DNA of 63,471 nucleotides, the filler included, from Chiloscyllium plagiosum (Eukaryota), in NCBI RefSeq assembly GCF_004010195.1. It is 3 parts of one record of this genome, joined end to end, with 100 filler letters (N's around TTAATTAATTAA, not from the genome) between each part and the next. Parts side by side here need not be neighbours in the genome. Positions count along the whole stretch, not along the records: positions 1 to 27,819 come from NC_057712.1; 2 more parts are not named here. One strand, 5' to 3'. Shown one piece after another: positions 1-13,600 of this stretch. The position numbers and the translations under genes are program-made. Numbering within the stretch: position 1 is the stretch's first letter; each line of letters begins with the position of its first letter. The notes below the pieces were generated by a model. It worked only from the letters and a program-made list of their open reading frames with translations, did no database searches and was not told the DNA's origin.

Positions 1-80
1 GGGGGCGGGGTTAGGCGTGGTGACGGAACGCGGCGGGGGGGCGGGGTTAGGCGTGGTGACGGAACGCGGCGGGGGGGCGG
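1..80. repeat. GC-rich 36-bp tandem repeat (about 2.2 copies, cut by the window edge)
   Basis: GCGGGGTTAGGCGTGGTGACGGAACGCGGCGGGGGG recurs with period 36; possibly the low-complexity linker of a minus-strand PLE ORF. Confidence 0.8.
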
Positions 81-357
81 AGACACATGCGGCGATGTGG
101 TCCAAATGTAGGTTGCTGACGTCACTGGGGGCGGAAGTAGCTGCGGCGACCACGGAGACAGAGTTCTTCCCCATAGCCCCAAAAATTCTTCCCCAAAAAT
201 TAGGAGGTCACATTGGATTTCACATGGTCCATCAAGCACAAAAAGTTCAGGTAGTTCTGACCTAAAGCCATATTTTACCATGTTTGGAGAATTAGAGCTC
301 AACTGTGCTTCTCCACAAAACAGTTGCAAAATAAAAACATGAACCTTAGCATAAAGT

Positions 358-883
358 CAAGATTAGGGTGGTGCTGGAAAAGCACAGCAGCTCAGGCAGC
401 ATTCGAGGAGCAAGAGAATCGCGTTTCGGGCAAAAGCCCTTTCTCAGGAAGATTGACAGGTGGGACAGGTCATGAGGACAGTGCTGAGCTGGAAGGTTTG
501 AACTGGGGTAAAGTGGGGAGAGGAGAAATGAGGAAACTGGTGAAGTCCACATTGATGCCATGGGGTTGGAGGGTCCCAGTTTCCTCATTTCTCCTCCCCA
601 TACTTTACCAATTAATCTTCCTTCCCACCTATCTGCTCCACCCTCTTCTCCGATCTATCACCTTCACCCCCACCTCCATACACCTACTGCACTCCCAGCT
701 ACCTTCTCCCCCGTTCCACCCCCTCACATTTATCTCTCCACCCCGAGGTTCCCAGCCTCATTCCTGATAAAGGGCTTTTGCCTGAAACGTCGATTTTCCT
801 CGTACGCTGCCTGACCTGTTGTGCTTTTCCAGCACCACTCTAATCTTGAGTCTAATCTCCAGCATCTGCAGTACCCACTTCTG
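358..883. mobile_element. Fold-back non-autonomous PLE terminal-repeat insertion
   Basis: About 358-450 is the reverse complement of about 760-846; flanked by CCTTAGCAT(A/G)AAGT at 344-357 and 884-897; degenerate hammerhead cores on both arms. Confidence 0.8.
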
Positions 884-1115
884 CCTTAGCATGAAGTATT
901 TGTATTAAAAATACTGAATGCTGGCTGCACAGATTTCAGAAATTTTAATGAACGGAAAGTCACATGTATTAACCTTCACTGCCACATTCTCAGTATTTTC
1001 TCCTAGTGCATGAAGCCCGAGCACCATAACTGCTCACCTGTAAAGTCTATCTCACAATTGACCATAGTATAGTAGAATGTTTTTCTTCAAAGGAATTATG
1101 TACTTATGTACTTAC

Positions 1116-1251
1116 AGTATTGTAGAGTTGAAATTTCTTTTGCCCATGCCTTGTGATGTAATACTTCAAACTTCACCAATACATAAGCAATTTTGTTGTA
1201 TGTATGCACAATGGAGATGCCGTGTGAACTTCTTAGGATGTCAGAATTTTT
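1116..1251 (-). CDS. DNAH8: Axonemal dynein heavy chain exon, N-terminal tail region
   Basis: Minus strand ttttattccAG|...|GTaagt, 136 nt, translating KNSDILRSSHGISIVHTYNKIAYVLVKFEVLHHKAWAKEISTLQY; resembles the DNAH8/DNAH5 tail as recalled (YNKI.YVLVEFEV.YH.AW). Confidence 0.8.
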
Positions 1252-4200
1252 CTGGAATAAAAACAAGTACTTAGAAGGTAAGAGTTGAAAGCATTCTTTC
1301 ACTTTTTATCCAAGAAGTAATATTTGCAATCACAAGCTTGCTATACTCCTCATTTGTCATTAAAATAATAAAAATAACATTCATGCTGAAATCAATGTAT
1401 AATGCATAATGAGAACATTCTCAAAGATTGTCTTAAATACTTTTTACAACGATAAGACCAAAAGCAGATCAGAAACACACTGAGTTATCACTTTGTAAAA
1501 CAATGTGATCAGTGACAAGGATAATCCTTAGTTCCCAGTTACATGGCATATAATTTCAGTGAAATTCAACAGAAGGTTGAGAGCAGGCGAAATAACAATT
1601 TCAAAGCATAATCATTGCTTCTGTGTTTTCAGATATTAGATGCTAGCGATATATTGTTATTTATGACTCGTCTGGAATATTTTTTGTGTTCATACTTGTC
1701 TCATTACTAGCCACTTTGATCCATTTTAGTATTTAATGACTGCTGGCTTCCAGACATAACAGACATTCCCTTTCCAGTCTGACTGTCATGTCTTTCTTTG
1801 TGTTGGCTGTAATTTTTAAATTTCTGTATTTGTGGGTTAGTAGGTGTTACTGGTCGAGCTAAAAAGTGCTGCTAATGGTTAATTATTCCCAAAATGCAGG
1901 TGACCACTGCTTCCACAGTGCTGTTACGTAAGGAGTACAAGATTTTAGATCCAACTATAATGACTGTCTAGCATATATATTAGGATAGTGAGTCATTTGG
2001 AGATGACCCTAGATATGCTGGTATTTGACTGAAGCTGCTACTCTCGTTCAGAAGATCATAGAGGCTGGGGTTTGGGACAAGTTGTTGAAGAAATCTTGTT
2101 GGATTCTGAAATGTGAATTTTAACTGATATATATTTAATTCATGATGTGATCAAGGAAGCGAATGATTAAGTTGCTTAATTGAATGTTAATCAAGTCAAT
2201 ACTAATTTTTAATTCTCTGAGACAGTTAAACTTTTTGAGTGTTACATCTATAATTAGAGAGTATTCCAGTAGACACAGGTATATCCTGGAAAGGATTTAG
2301 GAAGTCAGAAGGTAAGATGCCACAGAATATCCAAATTCTTGTTATCATAATATTTATGTGTGGCTAGCCCAACAACAGTTAAGCAATTGGCTGCTTGAGC
2401 ATATTCCACCATTCTGTATGAACAGGTCTATTCTATCTTAATTCCATCTTTTCACTATGCCTCAATATCTCTTAGCTTCCTTAATGCTATGATTTATGTC
2501 AATAATTCTGCATTCACACTCTAATTCCAAAGAATGACAACACATTTTGTGAAAAAATGGTTCCTCATCTCAGCTAAAATGACCAACTTCTTATTACAAC
2601 CATGTGACCTTGTTTTCCCAGCCAAAGGTAACATCCTTCAACCATTCATCCTGTCAAGATTTTTAATAATATCATTTATTTTAAATAGATTAGTATTTTA
2701 AATGAATTCTGTGGAATATAAGTTTAATACTCCTAAACTCTACTCATAACATACACCTTTCACTGCAGGAATCAACCTAGAAAACATTTCTTGAATCTCT
2801 CTAACAGAAATATATCCTTCCTTACATGAGGAGACTAAACTGCACAGAGTAATCTCAGTGCAAATGCACAAAGGCTCTATATCACTATTCTATCACTTAT
2901 TACTTTGAATCATTGAACAGAATTTGAGAATTTTACACTTTAGGAGGAGGTCACTTGACCCAAAGTAGCTGAACCGGTCCTGAATGAGCTACCCAACTAG
3001 TCCCATTCTCCAGCCCAATCTCTGTAGCCAATCAAATTCATCATTTTCAAATATACGCCCAGCTTTCTTTTGAGAACTCCAACAGAATCCACCCCAAAAC
3101 TCACCCAGATAGACGTACTTGTGAATGTAAGTTTGCTGACTGAGCTGTAAGGTTCATTTTCAGACATTTCATCACCATACTAGGTAACAGCATCAGTGAG
3201 CCTTTGGTGAAGCACTGGTGTTATGACCTGCTGTCAATTTATGTGTCTAGGTTTTCTTGGGTTGGTGATGTCATTTCCTGTGGCAATGTCATTTCCTGTT
3301 CTTTTTCTCGGGGGGTAGTAAATGGGGTCCAAGTTGATTTGTTTGTTAATAGTGTTCTCGTTGGAATGCCATGCTTTTTGGAATTCTTCTGCGTGTCTCT
3401 ATTTGGCTTGTCCTAGGATGGATATGTTGCCCCAGTCGAAGTAGCGTCCTTCCTCATCTGTACATAAAGAAACTAATGAGATTGGGTCGTGCCTTTTTTG
3501 TGGCTAGTTGATGTTCATGTATCCTGATGGCTAGTTTTCGGCCTGTTTGTCCAATGTATGTTTGTTATAGTACTTGTAAGGTATTTTGTAAATGATTTTT
3601 GCTTTGCTTGTTGTCTGAATAAGGTCTTTAAAGTTCATTAGCTGCTGTTTATTGCTGAGAGTTTGGCGGTCTGTGTTCTTTGGGTACCTGTTCTTTTTGA
3701 ATACGCTGTATAGGTGATTTTCCTCTACTCTTTGTGGTTCCTCTGTGCTGCAGTGCGTGGTGGCTTGTTGAAATATTGTTCTAATGCAGCTTCATTTGTG
3801 GGTATTGGGATGATTGCTTCTGTAGTTCAGTATTTAGTCTGTATGTGTTATTTTCCTGTAGGCGCTGATTTGATGTTCCCCATTGGCTGTTCACTCTACT
3901 GTGACATCTAAAAATGGCAGTTTGTTATTGTTTCCGTCCTCTTTTGTGAATTTTATTCCAGTAAGGATGGTATTGATGGTCTTGATCATCCCAACACACA
4001 CAAACGAAGCTGCACTAGAACATTATTTCAATGAGCCACCATAAACAGCAGCACAGAGGAACCACAAAGAGCAGAGGAAAATCACCAATACAGCATATTC
4101 AAAAAGAACGGGTACCCAAAGAACACAGACCGCCAAATTCTCAGCAATAAACCCAAACAAGCAAGAAGTAAATACATGCAGAAACCCTAGCCACTCTCCC

Positions 4201-4448
4201 CTACATCAAAGACATCTCAGAAATATCTGTCAGACTACTCAGACCTCTTGGCATCATTGTAGCCCACAAACCCACCAGACGCTTAAACAGCAGCTAATGA
4301 ACTTAAAAGACCTTATTCAGACAACAAGCAAAGCGAACGTCATTTACAAAATACCTTGCAAGTACTGTAACAAACACTACATTGGACAAAAAGACTGAAA
4401 ACTAGCCACCGGGATACATGAACATCAACTAGCCACAAAAAGACATGA

Positions 4449-4660
4449 GGAGAAAGTGAGGTCTGCAGATGCTGGAGATCAGAGATGGAAATGTGTTGCT
4501 GGAAAAGCGCAGCAGGTCAGGCAGCATCTAGGGAACAGGAGAATCGACGTTTCGACCAACTTTCCTCATTCCTGAAGAAGGGCTAATGCCCGAAACGTCG
4601 ATTCTCCTGTTCCCTAGATGCTGCCTGACCTGCTGCGCTTTTCCAGCAACACATTTCCAT
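4449..4660. mobile_element. Fold-back PLE family A mini-element nested in family B PLE
   Basis: 15-bp TSD CACAAAAAGACATGA (4434-4448, 4661-4675); inverted arms; contains a hammerhead motif. Confidence 0.85.
4568..4603 (+). ncRNA. Minimal type I hammerhead ribozyme motif (family A)
   Basis: ATTC-CTGAAGA-A-GGGC TAAT GCCC-GAAAC-GTC-GATT: core intact, short stem I. Confidence 0.7.
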
Positions 4661-4957
4661 CACAAAAAGACATGAACCAATCTCACTAGTATCCTTACGT
4701 ACAGATGAGGAAGGACGCGACTTCGACTGGGACAACATATCCATCCTAGGACAAGCGAAACAGAGACACGCAGGAGAATTTCTAGAAGCATGGCATTCCA
4801 ACCAGAACTCTATCAACAAACACATCGACCTCGGCCCCATTTCCCGCCCCCAAGAAAAAACAGGAAACTACATCGCCACAGGAAATGACATCATCAATCC
4901 AAGGAAACCTAAACACAAATAGAAAGCAGGTCATAACATCAATGCTTCACCAGAGGC

Positions 4958-4997
4958 TCACTGATGATGTTACCTAGTATGGTGACGAAATGTCTGA
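4958..4997 (+). ncRNA. Hammerhead motif (family B), one probable CpG-decay change
   Basis: TCA-CTGATGA-T-GTTACC TAGTAT GGTGAC-GAAA-TGTC-TGA; stem I UCA/UGA. Confidence 0.65.
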
Positions 4998-5169
4998 AAA
5001 TTACCTTCTAGCTCAGTGAGCAAACTTACATCCAGAACCTCAAACTGAGCTACAAATCTTCTCAAAATTTGCTAAGACCTATTTGTAATTATATCATTGG
5101 CACTTCTAAATATATGCTGATGTGCTGCAACTCACATGAGATGCAGATCACTCCAAATACCAATATTTT

Positions 5170-5310
5170 GTAAAAACCAAAAGAACTGCAGATGCTATAA
5201 ATCAAAACAAGATTAAAAAATTGCTGGAAAAGCTCAGTCAGTCTGGCAGCATCTGTGGAGACAAATCAGAGTTAATGTTACAGTTCTAGTAACCTTTCCA
5301 CAGAACCAAC
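5170..5310 (-). mobile_element. Old PLE terminal-repeat fragment (third variant)
   Basis: CTGCAGATGCT...TTGCTGGAAAAGCTCAG...GGCAGCATC shared with other PLE termini; hammerhead remnant degenerate. Confidence 0.55.
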
Positions 5311-7094
5311 ATTTTGAAGTTAATTTCTGATTTAAACTTTTCCTACTGAATTGTAAAGGGAGGTGGTGGAAAAGTGGTAATAGATAATCAGACAAAGCGA
5401 TAATGGAGGGTGCAGTGTGAACTAGGATATTAGAGGTGCATCTAGAAATATGTTGGGAGATCTCAGATATATTTAAGTATAACAAACTTGTAATATAGTG
5501 GATTTTAATTTTCTAAGCATTGATTGGTGCTACAATAATGTTAAAAGTTTGGATGGTGAAGAATTTGTCAAATGTATTCAAGAAAATTTTTATCTACAAG
5601 TGGATGTTCCTTCGAGAGAAGGAGCAAAATTTGACCTCCTTTTGAGCAATAAGGGAGGGCAGGTGACTGAAATAAGGAAACACTGAGTCTCGCGAGCACA
5701 ATTTTACTAGTTAGAAAATATTTATGGAAATGGATAATCTTTTCATAAAAGTGTTTAATTGCAGTAAGATAAATTTTGATGGTATAAGAACTTTCAAAAG
5801 TTGATTGGAGTAGACTGTTGGCAGGTAGAAGGATGTCTGACAAATGGGAGGCTTTCAAGAGTGTGATGACAGTTCAGAGGCATTAATGTTCCTGTTAGTG
5901 CGAAGAGTCGGGAGTGGGGTGCTCAAAAAGCACAGCTGGTCAGGCAGCATCCGAAGAGCACCACAGTCCCGACTCTGATCTCCAGCATCTGCAGTCCTCA
6001 CTTTCTCCTGTTCAAGTGAAGAGAATGGCTGGTAAGATTAAGGAACTATGGATGAATAAAGGTATTGGGGTTCTAGTCAAGAATAAAAGTGAATCCTATT
6101 TTAGATATAGACAAATTGGTTCAATTGTATCTTGTGTTCAATGTAAAGAGTGCAGGGGCATTCTTAAGAAAGAAATCCTGAAGGCAAAGAGGGAATATGG
6201 AATAGAATTGGCAGATAAGATAATTCAAAAAAGTTCTGTGAGTACACTGAGTAAGAGGGGAACTAGAGAGAGAGTTGGGCCCCTTAAAGATCAAGGAGGT
6301 CATCTTTGTGCTGAAGAGATACTAAGTGAATATTAAGTATCAGTTTTTACTGTGTAGAAAGAAATGGAGGCTTGAGAACACAGAAATAAATTTTGATGCT
6401 TTAAAACAGCTCACATTACAGAAGAGCAAGTTCTGGAGGTCTTTGAGAATATAAAGGTGGATTATCTTTCGGGACCTTATCTAATGTATCCCAGACTATT
6501 TTGGGAAGTAAGCGAGGAATTACAAACCCTCTTGCAGAAATATTTGCAACATCTATAACCACAGGTGAGGTGCCTGATGACTAGAGGGTGGCTAATGTTG
6601 TACCTCTGTTTCAGAAAGCTTGTAATAAGTAATTGGGGAACTATAGGTCTGTGAGTCTGACTTCAATTGTGGGTAAATTATTGAAGGTGTGTTTAAAAGA
6701 TAGGATTTACGGGCATTTAGAAAATCAAAAATTGATTAGGGATAGATAGTCAACATGGTTTTGTGTGAGGAAAATCGTGTCTCACAAACCTTTCTGAGGA
6801 AGTTACTAAAAAGATTATGAGGGCAGAGCAGTAGATGTTGATTACTTAGACTTTAGGAAAACCTTTGACAAGGCTCCATATGGTAGACTAATTAGTAAAT
6901 TAGATCACATGGGATTCAGGGTGAGCTTGCCAATTGGATAGATAATTGGTGAAATTGTTGTACACAGAGAGTGACGGTGGAAGGTTGTTTTTTGGACTGG
7001 AGGCCTGTGACCAGTGGTGTTCCACAGGAATCTGTTCTGGGTCATCTTTTGTTTGTCATTTATATAAATGATTTTGATGAGAATATAGGAGGCA

Positions 7095-7261
7095 TTAGTG
7101 AGTTTTGAGAAGATTTTTGGCTCAGGTTGAGATTCTTCTATAAATAGAAAGCAGGAAGCATCAGCAGTGCTGCCCCTGGAGGCTCACTGAAGGTGTTACC
7201 TAGTATGGTGACAAAACGTCTGAAATTGAACCTTCCAGCTCAGCGGGCATACCTACATCCA
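7095..7261. mobile_element. Family B PLE mini-insertion in CR1
   Basis: Starts with the reverse complement of the family B terminus (5040-5075), then a plus-strand terminal repeat with mutated hammerhead (about 7183-7223); imperfect flanking duplication. Confidence 0.7.
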
Positions 7262-7350
7262 TAGAGGAAGCATGGTTAGTAAGATTGCGGACGACACCAA
7301 AATTGGTAGTATAGTAGACAATGAAGAAGGTTTCCTAAGATTACAAAGGG

Positions 7351-7457
7351 CTGAAAATGTGTTGCTGGAAAAGCGCAGCTGGTCAGGCAGCATCCAAGGT
7401 TTTCCAGCAACACATTTTCAGCTCTGATCTCCAGCATCTGCAGCCCTCACTTTCTCT
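7351..7457. mobile_element. 107-bp fold-back family A PLE insertion
   Basis: 16-bp TSD CTAAGATTACAAAGGG (7335-7350, 7458-7473); inverted CTGAAAATGTGTTGCTGGAAAA arms. Confidence 0.85.
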
Positions 7458-8120
7458 CTAAGATTACAAAGGGACCTTGATAAAATAGGCCAATGGGCTG
7501 AAAAATGACAGATGGATAAATGTGAGGTATTGCAATTCAGTACAACAAACAGGGATAGGACTTATACAATTAATGGTACGGTCTCGGGTAATTTTCTAAA
7601 ACAGAGGGACATAGAGATTCAGATACATATTTCTTTGAAGTGTGCATTACAGATATACAGGGATATATAAAGGCATTTAGCATGCTTGCTTTCATTGCTA
7701 GGTCCTTTGAGTATAGGAGTGAGGAAGAATTGTTAAGGTTGCATAGGACATTGGTGAGATTTCTTCTGGAATGCTGTCTCCAATTCTGGTCACCCAGTTA
7801 TAGAAAAGATATTATTAAGCTGGACTGGGTTCAGAAGAGATTTGCCATGATGTTGCTGGATATGAAAGATTTGAGTTGTAAGAAACGGCGGGATCGGCTG
7901 GGGCTTTCTTCACTGGAGTATAGGAGGTTGAGAGGTGACCTTATATAAGTTTATAAAATCATGAAGGATATAAATAGGGTTAATGTCAGGTGTCTTTTCT
8001 CTAGGATGGAGAATTTCAAGACTATGGCCACATTTTTAAGGTGAGAAGAGAAAGTTTTTTTAAGAAGTCATGATGGGCACACATTTTATGCAGAGGGTGG
8101 TTTGCTTGTGAATGAACTTT

Positions 8121-10301
8121 ACTTGCCCCACCAGGGGTCTGAACATTTTAGACCACTGGTACACCACTGTGAAAGATGCCTACCACTCCATCCCTCACTC
8201 TCATTTCGGGAACTCCGACCACAATGCCATGTTTCTTCTCCTGGCTTATAGGCAAAAGCTCAAGCAGTAGACCCCCTCGCTAATACAGTCCAGTGCTGGT
8301 CAGAGGAGGCAGAGGATCAACTCCAGTGCTATCTGGAATTGGCTGATTGGGCCATGTTCAAACAGTTCGCAGGTACCATGGACGAGTATGCCACCACTGT
8401 CACAGAGTTTATCAGGATGTGTGTGGAGAAGTGCATATCGAAGAAGTCAATCTGGGTGTTTCCCAACAGGAAACCCTGAATGAGGAGTGAGGCTTTCAGA
8501 CCAGGAGACCCATTCAAATGTAAGGAATCCAAGTATGACCTTCGCAGAGCCATTAAGACAGCCAAGGACCAATACCGATCCAAACTAGAGACCCAGACAG
8601 ACTCCCAGCAACCATGGCAAGGAGTGAATGACATAACAGACTCTAAAAAGAGTCAGTGCAAGATATCAGATCCAGATTGTCTCAACGCCTTCTATGCTAG
8701 CTTTGAGCAGAATTTCGGCAGAGAGGTAATACATATTCCAACAACTCCTGATGAACCTATCCTAACAGTCACTGCATCAGAGGTCAGGTCAGTTTTCCTT
8801 CATGTGAATCCAAGGAAAGCAATGGGACCAGGCAGAGTACCAGGCTGTGTACTCAGAGCATGAGCAGATCCATTGGGAGAGGTCTTCTCAGACATCTTCA
8901 ACCTCTCCCTACAGCAGGCCACTGTCCCTGCCTGTTTCAAGACAGCCAACATCATCTCTGTACCTAAGAAGGCTCATGCAACATGTCTCAATGAATACCA
9001 CCCAGTGGTCCTAATTTCGGTGGTCATGAAGTGCTTTGAAAGGCTGGTCATGGCATTAATCAACTCCGGCCTCCCCACTACTCTTGACCCACTCCAATTT
9101 GCCTATCAGACCAACAGATCCACATCAGATACCATATCACTTGCCCTTCACACCTCCACCTTCACTCCTTGGTGAGGAGTGTCACCAAGAACAGCTACGT
9201 AAGAATCCTACTCATTGACTGCAGTTCAGCTTTCAACACAATTATCCCCTCAAGAATGATTACTAAACTTAGTGATCTCGGCTTAAGCACGACTCTCTGC
9301 AACTGGATCCTCAGTTTCCTGACCAACACGCCACAATCAGTGAAGATTGAGGACAATATTTCATCCTCACTAACACTCAACACTGAAGTCTCCCAGGGAT
9401 GCGTACTCAGCCCCCTATTGTATCACTGTATACCCGTGACTGCGTCACAACATACCAGACTAATGCCATTTACAAATTCGCTGCTGACCCCACCATAGTC
9501 GGTCGAATCTCAGATGGTGACGAAACAGACTACAGACAGAAGGTGGATGACCTGGAAAAATAGTGCACTGAGAAACACCTAGCTCTCAATACCAGCAAAA
9601 CCAAGGAACTCATTACTGACTTTCGACGGGATGTTACTCATGTCCCCCTACACATTAACAGCATAGAGATGGAACCAGTGGAGTGTGTCAAGCTTTCGGG
9701 AGTGGTCATCAACAAGCTTTCTTGGCCTCTTCCAGTAACTGCCACTGGAAGGCCCAACAATATCTCTTCTTCCTCAGGCAGCTGAGGAAATTTGACATGA
9801 CGGCAAATACCCTTGCCAACATTTATAGGTGTGCCATTTAGAGCATTCTGTCAGAATGTATCACTACTTGGTATGGCAACTGTACCATTCAAGGTCAGAG
9901 AGCGGTAAACTCGGCCTGGATAATCACAAAGGCCAACCTCCCATCTATAGGATCCATCTAACAGGCTCGCTGTCAAGGAAAGGCCGCCAGCATTCTCAAA
10001 GATCCATCCCACCCTGGCAATGCTTTTCTACAACCTTTACCATCAGAGAGAAGGTACAGAAGCCTGAACGCAGACACCAGCCAGTTTTGAACACAATTTC
10101 TACCCTACTGTTGTTAGAATACTGAATGGACTCACAAATTCTTAGCATTCGCCTATATCTATGTTTTGATTTTTGCCACTGTTTACCTATTATTTTCTTA
10201 TCTGTGCCATTTAACTTTGTGATCAGCCTGTATTGCTCGCAAGACAAAGATTTTCACTGTGTCTCTGTACTCGTGACAATAAATCCAATGCAATTCAATT
10301 C
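8121..10301 (+). mobile_element. Rex1/Babar-type LINE, 5'-truncated, inserted in CR1
   Basis: [62 protein letters not shown]; 3' AATAAA plus (CAATT)n tail; AACTT on both flanks. Confidence 0.88.
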
Positions 10302-10699
10302 AACTTCCTGAGGAAGTGATGTATGTCGGTACATTTGCAACATTTAAAAGACATTTGTATAACGACATGAATAGGAAAGGTTTAGACGGATATGGGTCAA
10401 GAACAAGCAGATGGGATTAATTTAGTTTGGGTTAATGTTTTGGATTGGTTGGACCAATGGTGCTGCATAAATCTAAGAACAGCTGCAAATAGGGATTGTG
10501 TTTCAACCATATTAATTAAAAAGAATGGAAATTTCCAGCCTTGCATAAGAAGCTTAAGAATTCACAGGCACCGCAGAGGGAGCTAATTTGTGGTAAGGAG
10601 CAGGAACTTCTACCTTTACTAATCTTCAGTTTAGAGTAAACAGGACAAAAATAAGAATAAACTAAGTGAATTTGAAATAAGTTGAAAGTAAGCTAATGG

Positions 10700-13600
10700 T
10701 ATGGAAGACCAATTTGGTCAAGCCATCCTGTGGCATAAAGGAGAATCCAGAAGGAGGGACAGGCCAGAGATCAGAAAAAGGTAACTAATGCGGATGCATA
10801 ATTGACCCAACCTCCACCTGACCAGACAGAGTCAATGGAGGAGGAAACGAAGGAGGCAGGTGAGTGGATACTGGAAAAGAAAGATACGTCAGGCCAACAA
10901 AGAAGCACAGCAATAATGAAAGAGGCAGCTGCATGATGGCTACACCAGCAGTTTCTCGGATGATGAAGACATGTAGAGGGCTGAGCATCAACAAAATAAG
11001 AGACAAAGTACCATGGGGTGAAGGAGAGGAGCGCCCCACAACCCAGAAACACCAAATGTCACAAGGAGTCCAGTGAAGCCCAACTCCAGCCATTGGAAAC
11101 CAAGGGATACCCACCACTGCACATCTCTGGGCAATAGAGATAAGGGACAGTCTGACAGTCCCTCTCTCACACTCAGAACTGGACCCTGCTGGCTTCATTC
11201 AAGCCCAAATGTTAATGGAACAGGGAAATCCTTTCAGAAAGAAAGCTACCTCAGTGTGGATAGTTGTCCAATAATTCACCCACACCATGGGGATGCAGAG
11301 AGTCACCAAGTGACAAGACTGCAGCAGAATGGACATTGGGGTATTCTATAAACTATTAAAATGGGTGTTAAAATTGCCAGCATTAATGTGCATTGGGATA
11401 AATCTATTGTACAACGTGTTTCCACGTTGGCTTACCTGGCCAATGTCAAAGCAGATCTTCTCTTTCTGCAGGATCTGGGATACCACACTTCAGCAGCTAT
11501 CAGAGATAGTCAAGCTTATGGACCCATGGGTCTTTGATTTGGTCAAGGGGGACAGGATAGCCGTTCCTCCGGTCTGAGTATCCTGCTGCGAGGAGGCAAT
11601 TTCACCATTCCCTAAGTTAAAGAGGTGGTAGGCAGGCTCCTCCTCATAGCAGACATTATGTAAGGAAAAGTTCTGCTGAGACTAATTAACTTGTAAAGAG
11701 TGAACTGCTGGCCATCCTGCAGAAGCTCCTACTGATGCTAGCGATGTCCAGGCCGCTCATTCTGGCTGGAGACTTCAACTGCATCTTCAATGCGGATGGA
11801 CGATCGAGAGGCTGACAATAAATTGGAGTCCACATCCAGACTCCCGATGGAAACAGTTAGTATTGCCAAGCTGCACATTTTCAGCACCCCTGCAGGTGGA
11901 GCACAGAATAAATTCACCTGGCTGCGACTCGACAAGTCTATCTGCTCAAGAATAGATTTCCTGTTGGCGTCCCATATGTTTTTGGTCGAATAACTGGTGT
12001 TCTTCTCATTTCTGCCTCCTGCTGGCCAACTGTTACCTACAGGATGACGAGTGGGATGATTAGGAATATGGAAGATCAATGTGAAATTGTTGACCCCATA
12101 AAACAGTGAGGAGCTCAAAAGAGATTACACAGGTTGGAGAACTGTAAAGTCTATCTTTGAGTATCCAATGGAATATTAGAAAACAGTCAAAGGAACATCA
12201 ACAGGTTCTTCATCCTCAAAGGTGTTCAGAAGGTAGGAGAGAGGCAGGCAAAACTGTCCAATCTCCAGAAAGTATGCAGAACCTACTTCTGCTGTAGATG
12301 ATGGGGGTCAATGTCACAGAAGATTTCAAAGAGGTGAAGAGTCAGCAAGTCTTGCTCTGTGCCTCAGAGGCTTCCATGATAGTCTCCCACAACGTGGAGC
12401 AAGATGTGATGTTGTTGCAATTTTTTCTTCCAGAAGGTGCACAAGGAGAGCTCTGTGCTCAGCGGCCTGAAGGAAGAAGATGGCTTGGCAGGGTCATCCC
12501 AGTCTGACAGCCTGAGGATCAATAAACGCTTTTATGCCTGTTTGTATAACACAAAGCCGACAGATAGCATGGCCTCCCACTTGTTCCTGTTGTCTATCAT
12601 GGAGGTCCTAGATGACAGCATGTGTGACAGACTGGATCAGTCAATATTTCTGGATGAGCTAACCAAGGCCCTCCAGTCCTTAGAAAAGAATGAAATTCCC
12701 AGAAGCAATGGCTTACAGGCTGAGTAGTATTTGGCTCTATGTGACTTGATTGGCCAGGACCTGCTGCAGTGCACAACAATATGCTTCTGGCAGGTACTAT
12801 GAGCAAATCCGTGAGGAAAGACATCATCACCTACATCTACAAACGGAAGGGGGAGAAGAAAGAAATTAGAAATTGGCTGCCATTATCATTGCTGAATACA
12901 GACTAAGATATCCTGTCTAAGGTCCTCATCAACGAGGTCAGGTCTGCTCTGTGATTGGTGATTCTCCCTAACCAAACCTGCGCTGTATTGGGCAGGCTGA
13001 ATTCTGAGAGCCTCGCGCTCCTCAGGAATACGATCACCTACATGCAGGACAGAGGGGTGGATGCCTGCTTCATCAGAAGGACTTCAATAGAATATTGCAC
13101 ATTTACATGTGGGACATGCTGTTCAAAATAGGCTTTGGGAAGAGAATCTGCAATTGGGTCTGAGTGCTCTACACCAACATTGTTAATGCAGTTTCAATCA
13201 ATGGATGGGAATCAGAAAGCTTCCCAATCAAATTCGGAGTCAGGCAGGGTTGCCCACTCTCTCCTGCCTTGTTTGTGTGTTGTACAGAGCCCTTTGCTGA
13301 GTCCATCAGGAAGGATGCAATCCTGGGAGGAGTGACTATTCCAGGCAGTGGAGGCCTACAGGCCAAAGCTTCACTGTACATGGATGATGTTGTCATTTTC
13401 TGCTCGGATCCACCTTCAGTGTGTAAACTCAGACCATGTGCAACCAGTTTGACCTGGCCTCGAGAGCCAAGGTAATCGAGACAAGATTTTGGCCATGTTC
13501 TTTAGGAACTGGGCTGACCAAACCTTCATTCCCTTCATCATCAGGACAGATTACCTGAAGGAGTTCGGAATATGGTTCGGAGGGGCCAGGGCATGCACAA

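Larger units (their letters stand above)
3110..5075. mobile_element. Penelope-like element, family B, as a large inverted duplication
   Basis: About 3110-3810 (minus) mirrors about 3990-5040 (plus); plus arm encodes decayed GIY-YIG (NVIYKIPCKYCNKHYIGQ...IHEHQLA...FLEAWHS); hammerhead core near each outer end. Confidence 0.85.
5340..8120 (+). mobile_element. CR1 LINE ORF2, decayed; 3' end resumes at about 10302-10460
   Basis: DFNF..IDW, CLQFWSPSYRKDI...VQKRF motifs; many stops and frameshifts; interrupted by PLE fragments and Rex1. Confidence 0.9.
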
